DNA of 64,000 nt from an uncultured virus (IMG/VR IMGVR_UViG_3300030329_004627) (IMGVR_UViG_3300030329_004627), one strand, 5' to 3'. Positions 27,029 through 37,560 are shown, counted from the first letter of the stretch. The notes: generated from the sequence alone by a model not told the origin. Numbers and translations: made by a program.

Positions 27029-27440
27029 AAAAATTTACTCTAACGTTACTCCAGGTCGAGTGCTACACATTGTGTGTCAGACAAAATATTTAGATGCCCC
27101 CCGTCATGACTTGGTAGATGATGAACAATTTTTACAGTTAGCTGTATTAAAGTATCAGAAAGGAAAAACGTTTCGACCCCACAAGCATGTGTTTAAAGAG
27201 GTTCCCGACCAGAGTATCGCTCAGGAATCATGGGCGGTTTTAAAAGGCAAAGTAAAAGCTATTTTTTACGATGAAGATGATATTATTATTGCTGAGCGTA
27301 TATTGAATGAGGGGGATCTGTCGATCACTCTTTATGGCGGTCATAACTATGAAATCATGGAAGAAAATACTTTAGTATTAGAATATAAAACCGGTCCGTA
27401 TTATGGACAAGCACTAGATAAGGTTTTTGTGGATGAATAA
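27021..27440 (+). CDS. Cupin-fold sugar isomerase-like (WbuC-like)
   Basis: PHKH, QESW, GGHNY, EYKTGPY. Confidence 0.75.
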   Translation: MIEKIYSNVTPGRVLHIVCQTKYLDAPRHDLVDDEQFLQLAVLKYQKGKTFRPHKHVFKEVPDQSIAQESWAVLKGKVKAIFYDEDDIIIAERILNEGDLSITLYGGHNYEIMEENTLVLEYKTGPYYGQALDKVFVDE

Positions 27441-27975
27441 AATTAATATGGGGTGCGGTTGGCGCAATTTTGGCCCCGATTGGATTCACATAGACTCGGG
27501 AAATTACGAACACGTAGATTACAGTTCAATTTTAGACTTATCTCAGTTTGAAAATGAAACGATAGATTTGATATATGCTTCGCATGTAATAGAATATTTT
27601 GATAAATATTCAGTGGTGCCGCTTTTAATAGAGTGGTATCGAGTTCTTAAAAAAGATGGGATATTACGTATAGCAGTTCCAAACTTTGAAGCGATTGCTA
27701 AGCTTTATTTGTCTGGTGATTATCCTCTTGAAAATTTTATTGGACCTTTGTATGGTAGAATGCCCATGGGAGACGCAACGATTTACCATAAGCATGTTTA
27801 TGATTTTAAAACATTAAAAAATCTATTATCTACTTGCCACTTTAAAGATTGTAGGTTATATGATTGGAGAGATACAGAGCATTGTGATTTCGATGATCAT
27901 TCGCAAGCGTATTTACCCCACATGGACAAAGAAAACGGAACGCTTGTAAGTTTAAATGTAGAGTGCAATAAATGA
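27433..27975 (+). CDS. SAM-dependent methyltransferase
   Basis: INMGCG, IYASHVIEY, EWYRVLKKDGILRIAVP. Confidence 0.88.
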   Translation: MNKINMGCGWRNFGPDWIHIDSGNYEHVDYSSILDLSQFENETIDLIYASHVIEYFDKYSVVPLLIEWYRVLKKDGILRIAVPNFEAIAKLYLSGDYPLENFIGPLYGRMPMGDATIYHKHVYDFKTLKNLLSTCHFKDCRLYDWRDTEHCDFDDHSQAYLPHMDKENGTLVSLNVECNK

Positions 27976-28562
27976 GTTTTGAATCAGTTACAGAGTTTGA
28001 AGTAAAAATCGCAGAGTTTTATAATGCTCCGTATGCTATTGCGGTCGACTGTTGTACGCACGCTATTGAGTTGTGTTTGAGGTATAATAATACAAAAAGT
28101 TTTTCGACACCATGTCGAACATATATTTCTGTGCCTTTTCTTGCAAAGAAGCTTAACCTTGATTTTCATTGGAGAGATGAAGACTGGCAAGATTACTATC
28201 ACTTAGGCAACACTAATATAGTAGACGCTGCAGTTTATTGGCAAAAAGATGGATATATCCCCGGTACATTTATGTGTTTAAGTTTTCAATTTAGAAAGCA
28301 TTTAAATTTGGGTCGCGGTGGTATGATTTTAACCGATAGCAAAGAAGCAGCTGTCGAGCTGAAAAAGATGTCATACGACGGCCGCGTGCCAAATGTACCG
28401 TGGAGAGAGCAAAATATTACTAGCATAGGTTATCATTATTACATGACGCCTGAAACAGCAAAACTGGGTCTTTCAAAATTAGACGAAGCAATTCACACAC
28501 CGCCAGTACGATGGAAAGTTACAGATTGGCCAGACTTAAGAAAAATGGGAGTTTTTAAATGA
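27972..28562 (+). CDS. Short DegT/DnrJ-like PLP-dependent aminotransferase
   Basis: AVDCCTHAIELCL, VDAA, LSFQFRKHLNLGRGGMILTD, GYHYYM. Confidence 0.8.
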   Translation: MSFESVTEFEVKIAEFYNAPYAIAVDCCTHAIELCLRYNNTKSFSTPCRTYISVPFLAKKLNLDFHWRDEDWQDYYHLGNTNIVDAAVYWQKDGYIPGTFMCLSFQFRKHLNLGRGGMILTDSKEAAVELKKMSYDGRVPNVPWREQNITSIGYHYYMTPETAKLGLSKLDEAIHTPPVRWKVTDWPDLRKMGVFK

Positions 28563-29530
28563 AAAAGGCGTTGATTACCGGTATTGCCGGTCAAGATGGA
28601 AGCTATTTGAGCGAGCTTTTATTAGAAAAGGGATATGAAGTTCACGGTATGGTGCGAAGACATTCTGTCGCAGAAAACCAAAACTTTAGACTCCACAGGC
28701 TCGGTAGTGAAGAACACCTCCATACGCACTATGGGGATCTTCTAGATTATCCTTCGCTTGTAAGAATTGTTAGCTCTGTTATGCCTGACGAAATTTATAA
28801 CCTTGGCGCGATGAGTCATGTTCGAGTAAGTTTCGACATGCCGTCGTTTACTATTCAAACAAACGCCTTGGGTGTGTTAAACATGCTAGAAGTGTATCGA
28901 ACTTTGTGTCCTGATGCCAAGTTCTATCAAGCAAGCTCCTCAGAAATGTTTGGAAACTCAGTGGACGAAGACGGCGTTCAGCGGCTGACCACTCCTATGA
29001 ACCCAGTTAGCCCTTATGGCTGCGCTAAAGTTATGGGATACAATTTGGTACGCCACTATCGACATGCTTACAAGCTTCATGCATGCAATGGAATTTTATT
29101 TAATCACGAATCTCCCAGGCGAGGATCTAACTTTGTAACTAACAAGGTAGTCAAGACAGCCGTTCAAATTAAAAAAGGGTTGACAGATAAGTTAGAACTT
29201 GGTAATATGGATTCATATCGAGATTGGGGCCATTCCAAGGATTACGTTCGCGCAATGCACATGATCGTCAATCATGAAACTCCAGAAGAGTTCATTGTGG
29301 CTACAGGCGAAACACACTCAGTCGCTGATTTGTGTGAGGTTGTTTTTAATAAACTAGATATGAACTATCGTGATTATGTGATACAAAATCCTAAATATAT
29401 GCGCCCTGAAGAATTAAAGTATCTTAAGGGCGATCCATCAAAAGCTCACGAAGTGTTAGGATGGCGCCCTGAATATACATTTGAAAGTATGATTGAGGAA
29501 ATGATTGAAAGATGGATGAACGAACTATAA
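28559..29530 (+). CDS. gmd: GDP-mannose 4,6-dehydratase
   Basis: ALITGIAGQDGSYL, YQASSSEMFG, SPYGCAK, GILFNHESPRRG, RDWGH. Confidence 0.96.
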   Translation: MKKALITGIAGQDGSYLSELLLEKGYEVHGMVRRHSVAENQNFRLHRLGSEEHLHTHYGDLLDYPSLVRIVSSVMPDEIYNLGAMSHVRVSFDMPSFTIQTNALGVLNMLEVYRTLCPDAKFYQASSSEMFGNSVDEDGVQRLTTPMNPVSPYGCAKVMGYNLVRHYRHAYKLHACNGILFNHESPRRGSNFVTNKVVKTAVQIKKGLTDKLELGNMDSYRDWGHSKDYVRAMHMIVNHETPEEFIVATGETHSVADLCEVVFNKLDMNYRDYVIQNPKYMRPEELKYLKGDPSKAHEVLGWRPEYTFESMIEEMIERWMNEL

Positions 29531-29718
29531 AACAGTTTAAAAATGGCGATTTAGTAAAGTGGTATGTGATGTGTGGAGATGATATTGTAGTTATGGAAGC
29601 TGGCACTGGAGTTGTTGTTGAAAAAAGCGATTCTTATTCATCCAATTATCAAATTTATAGAAACGAAAAAAAAGATATTATGAAAATTAATAGTTATTAT
29701 TTGGAGAGTTTAAAATGA
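29512..29718 (+). CDS. Small SH3/KOW-like hypothetical protein
   Basis: FKNGDLVKW...GTGVVVE. Confidence 0.6.
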   Translation: MDERTIKQFKNGDLVKWYVMCGDDIVVMEAGTGVVVEKSDSYSSNYQIYRNEKKDIMKINSYYLESLK

Positions 29719-31649
29719 GTAAAAAAAGATTTTGTGTACTTCAAGTTACTCCTGAGCATCCCAACCCTAAACACGTTGAGATGTTTTCAAATAAAAAAAA
29801 TAGTGATTTTTATTTTGTAACGCATGACGCCCCACACAATAAAGCTTTGGAATATTGCCCTAATACTACTTGGACAGATACAAGAAATATTTTAGCTGCA
29901 AAGGTCCCTAAAGAGTATGATTATTATGCTTTTATTGATTATGACTATGAGCTTGAGCCATATCAAGCAGGAGAAATGCCAGCTAAACTAACCGCTCCTG
30001 AGCAAATACTTTACGATCTAGAAAAGTATAACCCCGCAGTTTTGACCTATTATCCTGGTCGCGGCATGATTACTCCATTTGCAAATAATAAACAATTTAG
30101 AGATTCTAGAAATGCATCAATCATTCCCTTTACTCATTGTGGTTTAAAAATAGTCCACCATAGTTTAATAGATTGGTTTTTTCCAATGGTCACTTTGTTT
30201 GGCGGCGGCGTTGAATCATGTCATCTGTTTAATATATTAGAGACTCCATTTTTATCAAATGTAGTGTGCAGCCATCGAATGATTTATCATAATGGAAACA
30301 CTGATGTTGATGCTCCGCACAATCAAGATGGGGCCTACAACAAGTATTGTATGGATCAGATGTGGCAATGGATGTATCCTTCTTTCAAAAAAACAAAATT
30401 ACTTGAGTTTTATGCTGGCGCTGGAAACATACAGCAAGAGCTAAATGACTCGTTGCTTATAAAAAAAGCCTTTCAGGCGGTATTTTTGTCAAAGTATATT
30501 GAGCCAACATGTGAAAATCAAGATGTTATGTATTTGGATAAGGAGCGCATTTCTAATTTTTTTGATTTATCACATGAAAGATTTTTAAATATTGACAAGC
30601 CAGTCAATATTCAAATGTCAGAGCCCAATAAGGACAACATTCAAGTAGCTATTAAAAAACTGCGCTCGTTGAGCTACTCAGATATTAATAAGCGCATTAA
30701 TCCATGGCCAGGAATTGTAAACGAGATCAACAATGGCATATCTAATGGTAGAAAGCTCACTGTTAATGAGTGCCATTCATTGTATCAAACGTTAGATAAT
30801 AACACATCTTTATTTATTGATAATGGAAAGTGGGATCAAGATCTTGCGGACTTATTATCGGGCAAAAGAGTGGCGTATGTTGGACCTTCTCCGTACTTAA
30901 TGGGTAAAAACAATGGAAGCATTATAGATGATTACGATATTGTTGTTAGAATTCAGGGAGCAATTTTCGATGAAGCAGACTATGGAAAGAAAACAGATAT
31001 TATTCAAAGTTGCCTAAATGCAAACTATGGCCCTGCGCTAGCTAAGTATTTATCAGAGTGTGACCCTGCAGATCTTCCTAAGTATATTATCAGTAATGAT
31101 ACTAATGCTCGCCCTGGCCCAAATGGGGTTTGGCTAGATATTATTAATGAATACAACACACAACTTAAAAAATTTAATATCCCACTGTCTCACTTGAAAA
31201 CAGAAAATGGAGAATGGGATCGGTGGGGCCTCTATTGGGAGATATACCCTAAGTCACATGTAGAAAAATTTGATGTTCGGCAATACACAGTAAATTCGGC
31301 TAATTTCAATTCTGGGTACGGTGCGCTAAATATGCTGAGCAGATACCCTTTAAAAGAGTTATACATAACCGGTATTGATTTTTACAATGTAGGAACTCCT
31401 CAAACAGCGGAAGAAAAATACAATCCTGTTTATGTGCAAAAATTTGGTAAAGAAGGTACTCCATACGGACCAGACAAAACATTGCACGACCAGCTTGGAC
31501 AAATATTGCACTTTAAAAATGTGCTTTTGAAAAACAGGTCTAATATTAATATTGACAAATATTTAGAAGAAAAAATAAATTCTGATATAATGTCGGAAAG
31601 GCTTGAAAAATTTAAAAAGCTACCAAAATTTAAACACGAGACAAGTTAA
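29715..31649 (+). CDS. Two-domain glycosyltransferase-like protein; C-terminal GT29 sialyltransferase-like domain
   Basis: RVAYVGPSPYLMG..NGSIIDDYDIVVRI resembles sialylmotif L; NSGYGAL...LYITGIDFY. Confidence 0.6.
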   Translation: MSKKRFCVLQVTPEHPNPKHVEMFSNKKNSDFYFVTHDAPHNKALEYCPNTTWTDTRNILAAKVPKEYDYYAFIDYDYELEPYQAGEMPAKLTAPEQILYDLEKYNPAVLTYYPGRGMITPFANNKQFRDSRNASIIPFTHCGLKIVHHSLIDWFFPMVTLFGGGVESCHLFNILETPFLSNVVCSHRMIYHNGNTDVDAPHNQDGAYNKYCMDQMWQWMYPSFKKTKLLEFYAGAGNIQQELNDSLLIKKAFQAVFLSKYIEPTCENQDVMYLDKERISNFFDLSHERFLNIDKPVNIQMSEPNKDNIQVAIKKLRSLSYSDINKRINPWPGIVNEINNGISNGRKLTVNECHSLYQTLDNNTSLFIDNGKWDQDLADLLSGKRVAYVGPSPYLMGKNNGSIIDDYDIVVRIQGAIFDEADYGKKTDIIQSCLNANYGPALAKYLSECDPADLPKYIISNDTNARPGPNGVWLDIINEYNTQLKKFNIPLSHLKTENGEWDRWGLYWEIYPKSHVEKFDVRQYTVNSANFNSGYGALNMLSRYPLKELYITGIDFYNVGTPQTAEEKYNPVYVQKFGKEGTPYGPDKTLHDQLGQILHFKNVLLKNRSNINIDKYLEEKINSDIMSERLEKFKKLPKFKHETS

Positions 31650-32080
31650 TGGGAATAAAAACAAAATCAGATAGCAATCTAATCAGAGTTCTTGAAGAAG
31701 ATGGCGTACCAATTTCGGAACTAGATAAATATGAAAATTGTACGACTGTAAATTTGCAAGAACTTAGAGATGATCTTGGGATGGGTTCGTGGGCTGTAAG
31801 GATAGCCTATAATGACCTATTCGGAGGTGTTGTTATTCAGCAGCACCCTGGCGAAGGAAATAGAAAGCACTTTCACCCAGACGCCGACGAAAATTGGGTT
31901 ATTTTAGATGGCGAATGGGAATGGTGGATTGAGGGCCTTGGAGCCCAAAGAGTAAAAAAGCATGATATTATTGTTGTTCCGCGCGGCGTCTGGCACAAGA
32001 TTACTTGCGTAGGAGATTCCCCAGGAGTTCGCTATGCGGTTACCCGACCCGATGTAGAGCATGTGTATGAAGATGAGTGA
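31649..32080 (+). CDS. Cupin domain protein
   Basis: HFHPDADENWVILDG...VPRGVWHKI. Confidence 0.85.
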   Translation: MGIKTKSDSNLIRVLEEDGVPISELDKYENCTTVNLQELRDDLGMGSWAVRIAYNDLFGGVVIQQHPGEGNRKHFHPDADENWVILDGEWEWWIEGLGAQRVKKHDIIVVPRGVWHKITCVGDSPGVRYAVTRPDVEHVYEDE

Positions 32081-32786
32081 TGTTGAGTTTGATTTTTCTG
32101 ACAAAGTTGTTTTAGTAGTCGGCGGAAGCAAAGGTATTGGAAAAGAAGTATGCCGTCAGTTTGTGTTTACTGGCGCTGAAGTCCTCTGCGCCTCTCGTAG
32201 TGATCCTAGAATGTATGGAGTTGCTCACATTAAGTGTGATATCAGTTCTGAATCTGATATTAATAGCCTTTTTTCTAATATTTATAATGTTGATTTTGTA
32301 ATAAATATGGCCGGTACTAACCTTTGTGAGCCTATTGAAAATATTGACAGTAAAGAGTGGGACAGAGTAATGGCCACTAATCTAAAATCATTCTTTTTGA
32401 TTTGCCAACACGCTGTTTCTATTATGAGGTTGCGAAAACAAGGACGAATTGTCAATGTATCATCTATTGCTGGCCGTCATAAAAGCATTGTAAGCGGAGT
32501 ACATTACACAGCAAGCAAATATGGAATTGTGGGCCTTACTAAGCAACTAGCTCAAGAGGTCTCCAAAGATAACATTCTGGTTAATTGCGTGTGCCCTAGT
32601 CAAACGATGACAGACATGTTAGCTGAATCTATGACAGATACTCAGCTGAAGGCTTTAGAGAGTAAGATTCCGGTACGTAGAATAGCCACAGTGACCGAAC
32701 AAGCAATGCCAATTTTATTTTTGTGCTCTAGTGCAGCTTCTTATATTTCTGGCGCCACAATTGATGTTAATGGAGGTCAGTTCTAA
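32073..32786 (+). CDS. SDR family oxidoreductase
   Basis: GGSKGIG, NVSSIAG, YTASK, VNCVCP, IDVNGG. Confidence 0.92.
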   Translation: MSDVEFDFSDKVVLVVGGSKGIGKEVCRQFVFTGAEVLCASRSDPRMYGVAHIKCDISSESDINSLFSNIYNVDFVINMAGTNLCEPIENIDSKEWDRVMATNLKSFFLICQHAVSIMRLRKQGRIVNVSSIAGRHKSIVSGVHYTASKYGIVGLTKQLAQEVSKDNILVNCVCPSQTMTDMLAESMTDTQLKALESKIPVRRIATVTEQAMPILFLCSSAASYISGATIDVNGGQF

Positions 32787-33451
32787 TGCCAAGAGAAATC
32801 GATATAAATGTATTGATTGCCGTAAGAGGAGGATCAAAAAGAGTACCTAAGAAAAACATTCGCCCTTTTTGCGGATCTACTATGTTAGATTTAAAAGTAG
32901 AACAAGCACTGCGTCTAAAAGATGTGTCACGTGTAGTGGTAACTTCTGAAGATGATGAAATGTTGAACATAGCTGAGGATCTAGGCGCCTATCCTATGAA
33001 GCGAGATCCGTTTTATGCAAGTGATACTGTGCCCATGGGCGACGTTTATGTTCATTTGGCATCTAGCTTGGACTGCAAAGACATTTTATGGACGCCAGTC
33101 ACAAGCCCTTTGGTAAAAGATGAGTCTGTTCAACGGTGCATTGACATTTACAAAACCCACACAGATTATGACTCGGTTGTTACTACTAACATTATTAAGG
33201 AGTATTTGTGGCTTGACGACAAAGCTATTAATTATGATCCTAAAAATCATCCACGTTCACAAGATTTGCCTGACATCTATGCGTTAAACTTTGCGGCAAA
33301 CATTTTACCAAGAACGTTGATGATAAAAAATAAAAACATTCTGGGAGACAAGTTCTACCCTTACATGTTAGATGAAATAGAAGCTGTTGATGTAGACACC
33401 GAATACGAGTTTATGTTAGCTGAATACCTTTATAGGAGAATGAATCAATGA
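32786..33451 (+). CDS. Acylneuraminate/ulosonate cytidylyltransferase (NeuA-like)
   Basis: RGGSKRVPKKNI, TSPL, RSQDL, VDVDTEYEF. Confidence 0.9.
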   Translation: MPREIDINVLIAVRGGSKRVPKKNIRPFCGSTMLDLKVEQALRLKDVSRVVVTSEDDEMLNIAEDLGAYPMKRDPFYASDTVPMGDVYVHLASSLDCKDILWTPVTSPLVKDESVQRCIDIYKTHTDYDSVVTTNIIKEYLWLDDKAINYDPKNHPRSQDLPDIYALNFAANILPRTLMIKNKNILGDKFYPYMLDEIEAVDVDTEYEFMLAEYLYRRMNQ

Positions 33452-34374
33452 AGAACATGAAAGTATTTATTGTTACTTATCGCCGTGTAGAGATTTTAAA
33501 TAAAACGCTCGACACGTTGTTTAACAAAACCGATTTTAGCTCCATACCTGATACAGAAGTTACAATAATTAATAATCATTCTGAGTTTGAACTTAGTGAC
33601 GAATTTAAAGACAAAGTAACCGTGTTACATAATAACACTCGTCCTGATTGGGATACTGGAAACCTTGCTCGCAACTGGAACGAGGCAATCTTACATGGCT
33701 TTAAAAATCTCAATAACCCAGATGCAAAGATTGTTGTAACAATGCAAAACGACATTGTTCTCGATCCTAACTGGGCCACGAACCTTCTTAAGATGCACCA
33801 GAAGTACACATTTGTAACTGGGCAACTGGGAGACAATATCGTCAGTTATCTTCCAGAAGCTGTTAAAAAAATTGGAATGTGGGACGAAAGATTTTTGACA
33901 CCCGCAAACAAAGAAGCAGATTATTACATTCGTGCTTTGATTTATAACAAAGATAAATCATTGATTAATGATAGAGTTCATGGTAGACTACTTAATGCGC
34001 ATGATGCTTTGCCTCTTGATACGTCCGAGTATCAGGGTGGCGAGCCAAGTTGGCGTGAAATTAAGTCTAACGAAATTTCTAAAGAAGGATGGTTTCATAC
34101 ATCACAAATTTTTTATTGGAAGTGGAAAGATACTTGGAAAACACAACCACAGTATTATGGATGGTTGACACGCTGGTCATCTGACTTTATTGAAAATCCT
34201 CCAAGCCCACCAAAGGTTCCTAATTTTGTGCAGTATTACTACTTTGAACGAGACATGGACTTAAAAGATAAAAACTACATTGGCTGGAGAAAAGGCGATT
34301 TATGGCTTGATGGCGGTAAAGAGTGTGACATTGATGTACATCCGTTTAAAGAAAACGAGAGATTTAGAAAATGA
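33448..34374 (+). CDS. GT-A (GT2-like) glycosyltransferase
   Basis: VFIVTYRR, LARNWN, MQNDIV, IGMWDERF, EADY. Confidence 0.75.
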   Translation: MKNMKVFIVTYRRVEILNKTLDTLFNKTDFSSIPDTEVTIINNHSEFELSDEFKDKVTVLHNNTRPDWDTGNLARNWNEAILHGFKNLNNPDAKIVVTMQNDIVLDPNWATNLLKMHQKYTFVTGQLGDNIVSYLPEAVKKIGMWDERFLTPANKEADYYIRALIYNKDKSLINDRVHGRLLNAHDALPLDTSEYQGGEPSWREIKSNEISKEGWFHTSQIFYWKWKDTWKTQPQYYGWLTRWSSDFIENPPSPPKVPNFVQYYYFERDMDLKDKNYIGWRKGDLWLDGGKECDIDVHPFKENERFRK

Positions 34375-35741
34375 TTAAGTTGGTAATTTTTGATTTAGAT
34401 GGCGTTTTGGTAGACGCAAGAGAACTACATTATGAAGCTCTCAATGAAGCTCTGGCAGATGTTGATCCAAAATACGTTATCCACAGAGGTGAGCATCTTT
34501 CGACCTATGATGGACTTTCTACAACTAAAAAACTTAACATGCTAACTAAGGCGAAAGGACTTCCTAAAGACCTTCACGATGCTGTGTGGCGCCTTAAACA
34601 AAAGAAAACTGTAGAGATTATAGATGCGTTCACGCCTGACCCACGCATGTCTCAAATTTTGCGTAGACTAAAAAAAGAAGGCTATGTGGTTGCATGTGCG
34701 ACCAACTCTATTAGAGAAACGGCTAAACTACAACTAATCAGAAGAGGATTTTTTGAACACATTGATTTTTTGTATTCTAATCAAGATGTAAGCAAGCCAA
34801 AGCCAAGCACTGAGATGTACTTGCGCTGTATGCTGAAAGCGGGTGTAGATCCTGACGAAACAGTCATTATTGAAGACTCGCACCATGGCCGTAAAGCTGC
34901 ATTAAGCAGTGGTGCCTATTTGTGTGCGGTTAAAAATAGTGAAGATGTAGATTATGATAAGATTAGAAAAGTTATCGATGAAGCAAACGGTAAAGAGAAA
35001 ACAAGACCTAAATGGCAAGGAGGCAATATGAATGTTTTAATCCCGATGGCTGGAGCGGGTTCTAGATTCCAGAAAGCAGGCTACACCTTTCCAAAACCTT
35101 TGATTGAGGTAAACGGCAAGCCTATGATTCAAGTTGTGGTAGAAAACCTCAACATTGATGCAAAGCACATTTTTGTTGTGCAGAAAGAGCACTACGAACA
35201 GTATAACCTTAAGCACTTGTTGGGGTTGATTTCTCCTGGGTGTGAAGTGGTACAGGTTGATGGAATGACTGAAGGTGCTGCCTGCACAACATTGTTGGCC
35301 AAAGAGTTTATCGATAATGACGAACCGCTTCTGTACGCTAACTCAGATCAGTATCTTGATTGGGATAGCAACGAGTTCATGTATTCGATGATTGCAGACG
35401 AGGTAGATGGCGGAATGCTCACGTTTACTGCCACACATCCTAAGTGGAGTTTTGCAAAGCTTGATGATGACGGCTTTGTCACAGAGGTGGCAGAGAAGAA
35501 GCCCATTAGCGATGTAGCTACCACAGGCATCTACTATTGGAAGCACGGATCTGACTACGTGAAGTATGCAGAACAAATGATTGCCAACAACACTCGCGTC
35601 AACAATGAGTTTTACGTATGCCCGGTGTTTAATGAGGCTATCAACGATGGAAAGAAGATTAAGACTTTTCACTTTGATGGTATGTGGGGGATCGGAACCC
35701 CTGAAGACCTAGATTATTTTAACAAGTTTCACGAGAAGTAA
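34371..35741 (+). CDS. HAD phosphatase fused to sugar nucleotidyltransferase
   Basis: IFDLDGVL, KPKP, IIEDS; then IPMAGAGSRF, PKPLI, EKK. Confidence 0.9.
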   Translation: MIKLVIFDLDGVLVDARELHYEALNEALADVDPKYVIHRGEHLSTYDGLSTTKKLNMLTKAKGLPKDLHDAVWRLKQKKTVEIIDAFTPDPRMSQILRRLKKEGYVVACATNSIRETAKLQLIRRGFFEHIDFLYSNQDVSKPKPSTEMYLRCMLKAGVDPDETVIIEDSHHGRKAALSSGAYLCAVKNSEDVDYDKIRKVIDEANGKEKTRPKWQGGNMNVLIPMAGAGSRFQKAGYTFPKPLIEVNGKPMIQVVVENLNIDAKHIFVVQKEHYEQYNLKHLLGLISPGCEVVQVDGMTEGAACTTLLAKEFIDNDEPLLYANSDQYLDWDSNEFMYSMIADEVDGGMLTFTATHPKWSFAKLDDDGFVTEVAEKKPISDVATTGIYYWKHGSDYVKYAEQMIANNTRVNNEFYVCPVFNEAINDGKKIKTFHFDGMWGIGTPEDLDYFNKFHEK

Positions 35742-36437
35742 ATGGAAATCAAAGAACTAGAAATTGTTAACACAACCCAGCATCTATTTGATTGCTTTAA
35801 TGGATTTATGCTTAGTTCAGACACAAAGGTGTTTGGAAAGCTTTTGGCTCGCACGCTGTTAGTAGATAGCGTTAAACATCTGCCAGGCGACATTGTTGAG
35901 TGCGGAGTTTTCAAAGGCACAGGAATGTTTACATTTCTTAAGCTTAAAAGATTTTTATGCCCCAACAGCGGTAAGAAAGTGGTGGGATTCGACTTTTTCG
36001 ATTCGGAGAAGCTCGTAGAGAGTCTCTCTGGCCTTGATAAGCAGGCTATGGGCACGTTGTTTGAGAAAAGAAACTATAAGCATGACAAAGGTCAAGTAGA
36101 ACTTTTTCGAGACTTCATCGTCCAATCTGGCTTTGAAGAACATGAGTTTGATTTGGTGCCCGGCGACATCACAAAGACAGCCGCACAATACGCAGCCGAA
36201 CGCCCTGGTTTTAGAATTTCTTTGCTTTACATTGACTTGGATGTGGAAGAGCCTACATACGAAACGCTCCGCGCATTATGGGATCGTGTTGTTAAAGGCG
36301 GCATTGTTGTGTTTGATGAGTACGCATTCCACAAGTGGTCTGAGTCTGCTGGTGCCGATCGGTTCTTTGCAGATAAGGATGTAGAGCTTAAAACATTAAA
36401 CTACATTTGTCCTAGCGCGTATGTGGTGAAGAAATGA
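35742..36437 (+). CDS. TylF/MycF-like O-methyltransferase
   Basis: GDIVECGVFKG, GFDFF, LYIDLD, GGIVVFDEY. Confidence 0.85.
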   Translation: MEIKELEIVNTTQHLFDCFNGFMLSSDTKVFGKLLARTLLVDSVKHLPGDIVECGVFKGTGMFTFLKLKRFLCPNSGKKVVGFDFFDSEKLVESLSGLDKQAMGTLFEKRNYKHDKGQVELFRDFIVQSGFEEHEFDLVPGDITKTAAQYAAERPGFRISLLYIDLDVEEPTYETLRALWDRVVKGGIVVFDEYAFHKWSESAGADRFFADKDVELKTLNYICPSAYVVKK

Positions 36438-36889
36438 TTTTAATTGCACATCGCGGGAATACCGAAGGTCCACAACCTGAAAAAGAAAATCACCCTGACT
36501 ACATTGACAAAGCAATTAGTTTAGGTTATGATGTAGAGGTAGATATCTGGGGCTCGTTTGATACTAAGCTTTACTTGGGTCACGATACTTTACAGTATGA
36601 GGTAGAGCCAGAATGGATTTTTAAAAGAGTCAATAAGTTATGGCTTCATGCAAAAAACATTCAAGCGCTATTTTCTTTTTCGCAACAAGCAATGGGTGCA
36701 TGTATTTTTTGGCATCAAAAAGATGACTATACATTAACATCAAATGGCTTTTTATGGACTTATCCCGGAGCAATATTGACACCAAAATCAATTTGTGTAA
36801 TGCCCGAAAAAGTGCCGGAAACTTATAATGAGCAAGATTTAAAAAATTGCGCCGGCGTTTGCTCTGATTTTATTAGTAGGTATAAATGA
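36434..36889 (+). CDS. GDPD-like phosphodiesterase domain protein
   Basis: IAHRGN, EN, DVEVD, LGHD, WLHAKN, VCSD. Confidence 0.8.
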   Translation: MILIAHRGNTEGPQPEKENHPDYIDKAISLGYDVEVDIWGSFDTKLYLGHDTLQYEVEPEWIFKRVNKLWLHAKNIQALFSFSQQAMGACIFWHQKDDYTLTSNGFLWTYPGAILTPKSICVMPEKVPETYNEQDLKNCAGVCSDFISRYK

Positions 36890-37560
36890 GATTAGCATGG
36901 CAACAGATACCATCACCTCTTGTTTCCGAGATATTGTGTCGCGGTATGGATGGCGTAGTATTAGATACAGAGCACGGCTGCTATAATAATGAGACGCTTT
37001 ACGCATGTATTCAGATAGTCACAGCATCTGGCAAAAAATGTTTCGTTAGACTCACAGAAATCAATAAGACACTGATTAGAATTTGTTTAGACGCTGGTGC
37101 GACTGGTTTGATTTTTTCAACCGTAGAAACGGCAGCGCAAGCGCAACAAATACAGGAACTATGTAGTTTTCCAAAGTATCGCGGAAGACGAGGTTTGGGC
37201 CTTGTTAGAGAAAATGAGTGGGGATATGGCAAACTCGTTAGCTTACCTCCAATTATCATAGCACAGATCGAAACCAAAAAAGGTGTTCAGAATTTAGCTA
37301 AGATTCATGAAAAAGGATTTGATTATTACATGGTTGGTCCTTATGATTTATCTGCTAGCTTGGGAAAAGCTGGCGATTTTGAGTGCAAAGCGTATGCGAG
37401 AGCAATAGAAAAGATTAAAAATATCATACCTATCCGTCAAATGGCAGTCCACATACCTACCGATGTAGAGAAACAAATTAAAAAATATGAAGACTATGGT
37501 ATAATTGCGGTAGGCATGGATACAACAATTTTATTAGAAGGTTATGAGGAGTTACAGTAA
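36886..37560 (+). CDS. HpcH/HpaI class II pyruvate aldolase family
   Basis: LDTEHG, LDAGATG, AQIET, VGPYDLSASLG. Confidence 0.88.
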   Translation: MRLAWQQIPSPLVSEILCRGMDGVVLDTEHGCYNNETLYACIQIVTASGKKCFVRLTEINKTLIRICLDAGATGLIFSTVETAAQAQQIQELCSFPKYRGRRGLGLVRENEWGYGKLVSLPPIIIAQIETKKGVQNLAKIHEKGFDYYMVGPYDLSASLGKAGDFECKAYARAIEKIKNIIPIRQMAVHIPTDVEKQIKKYEDYGIIAVGMDTTILLEGYEELQ

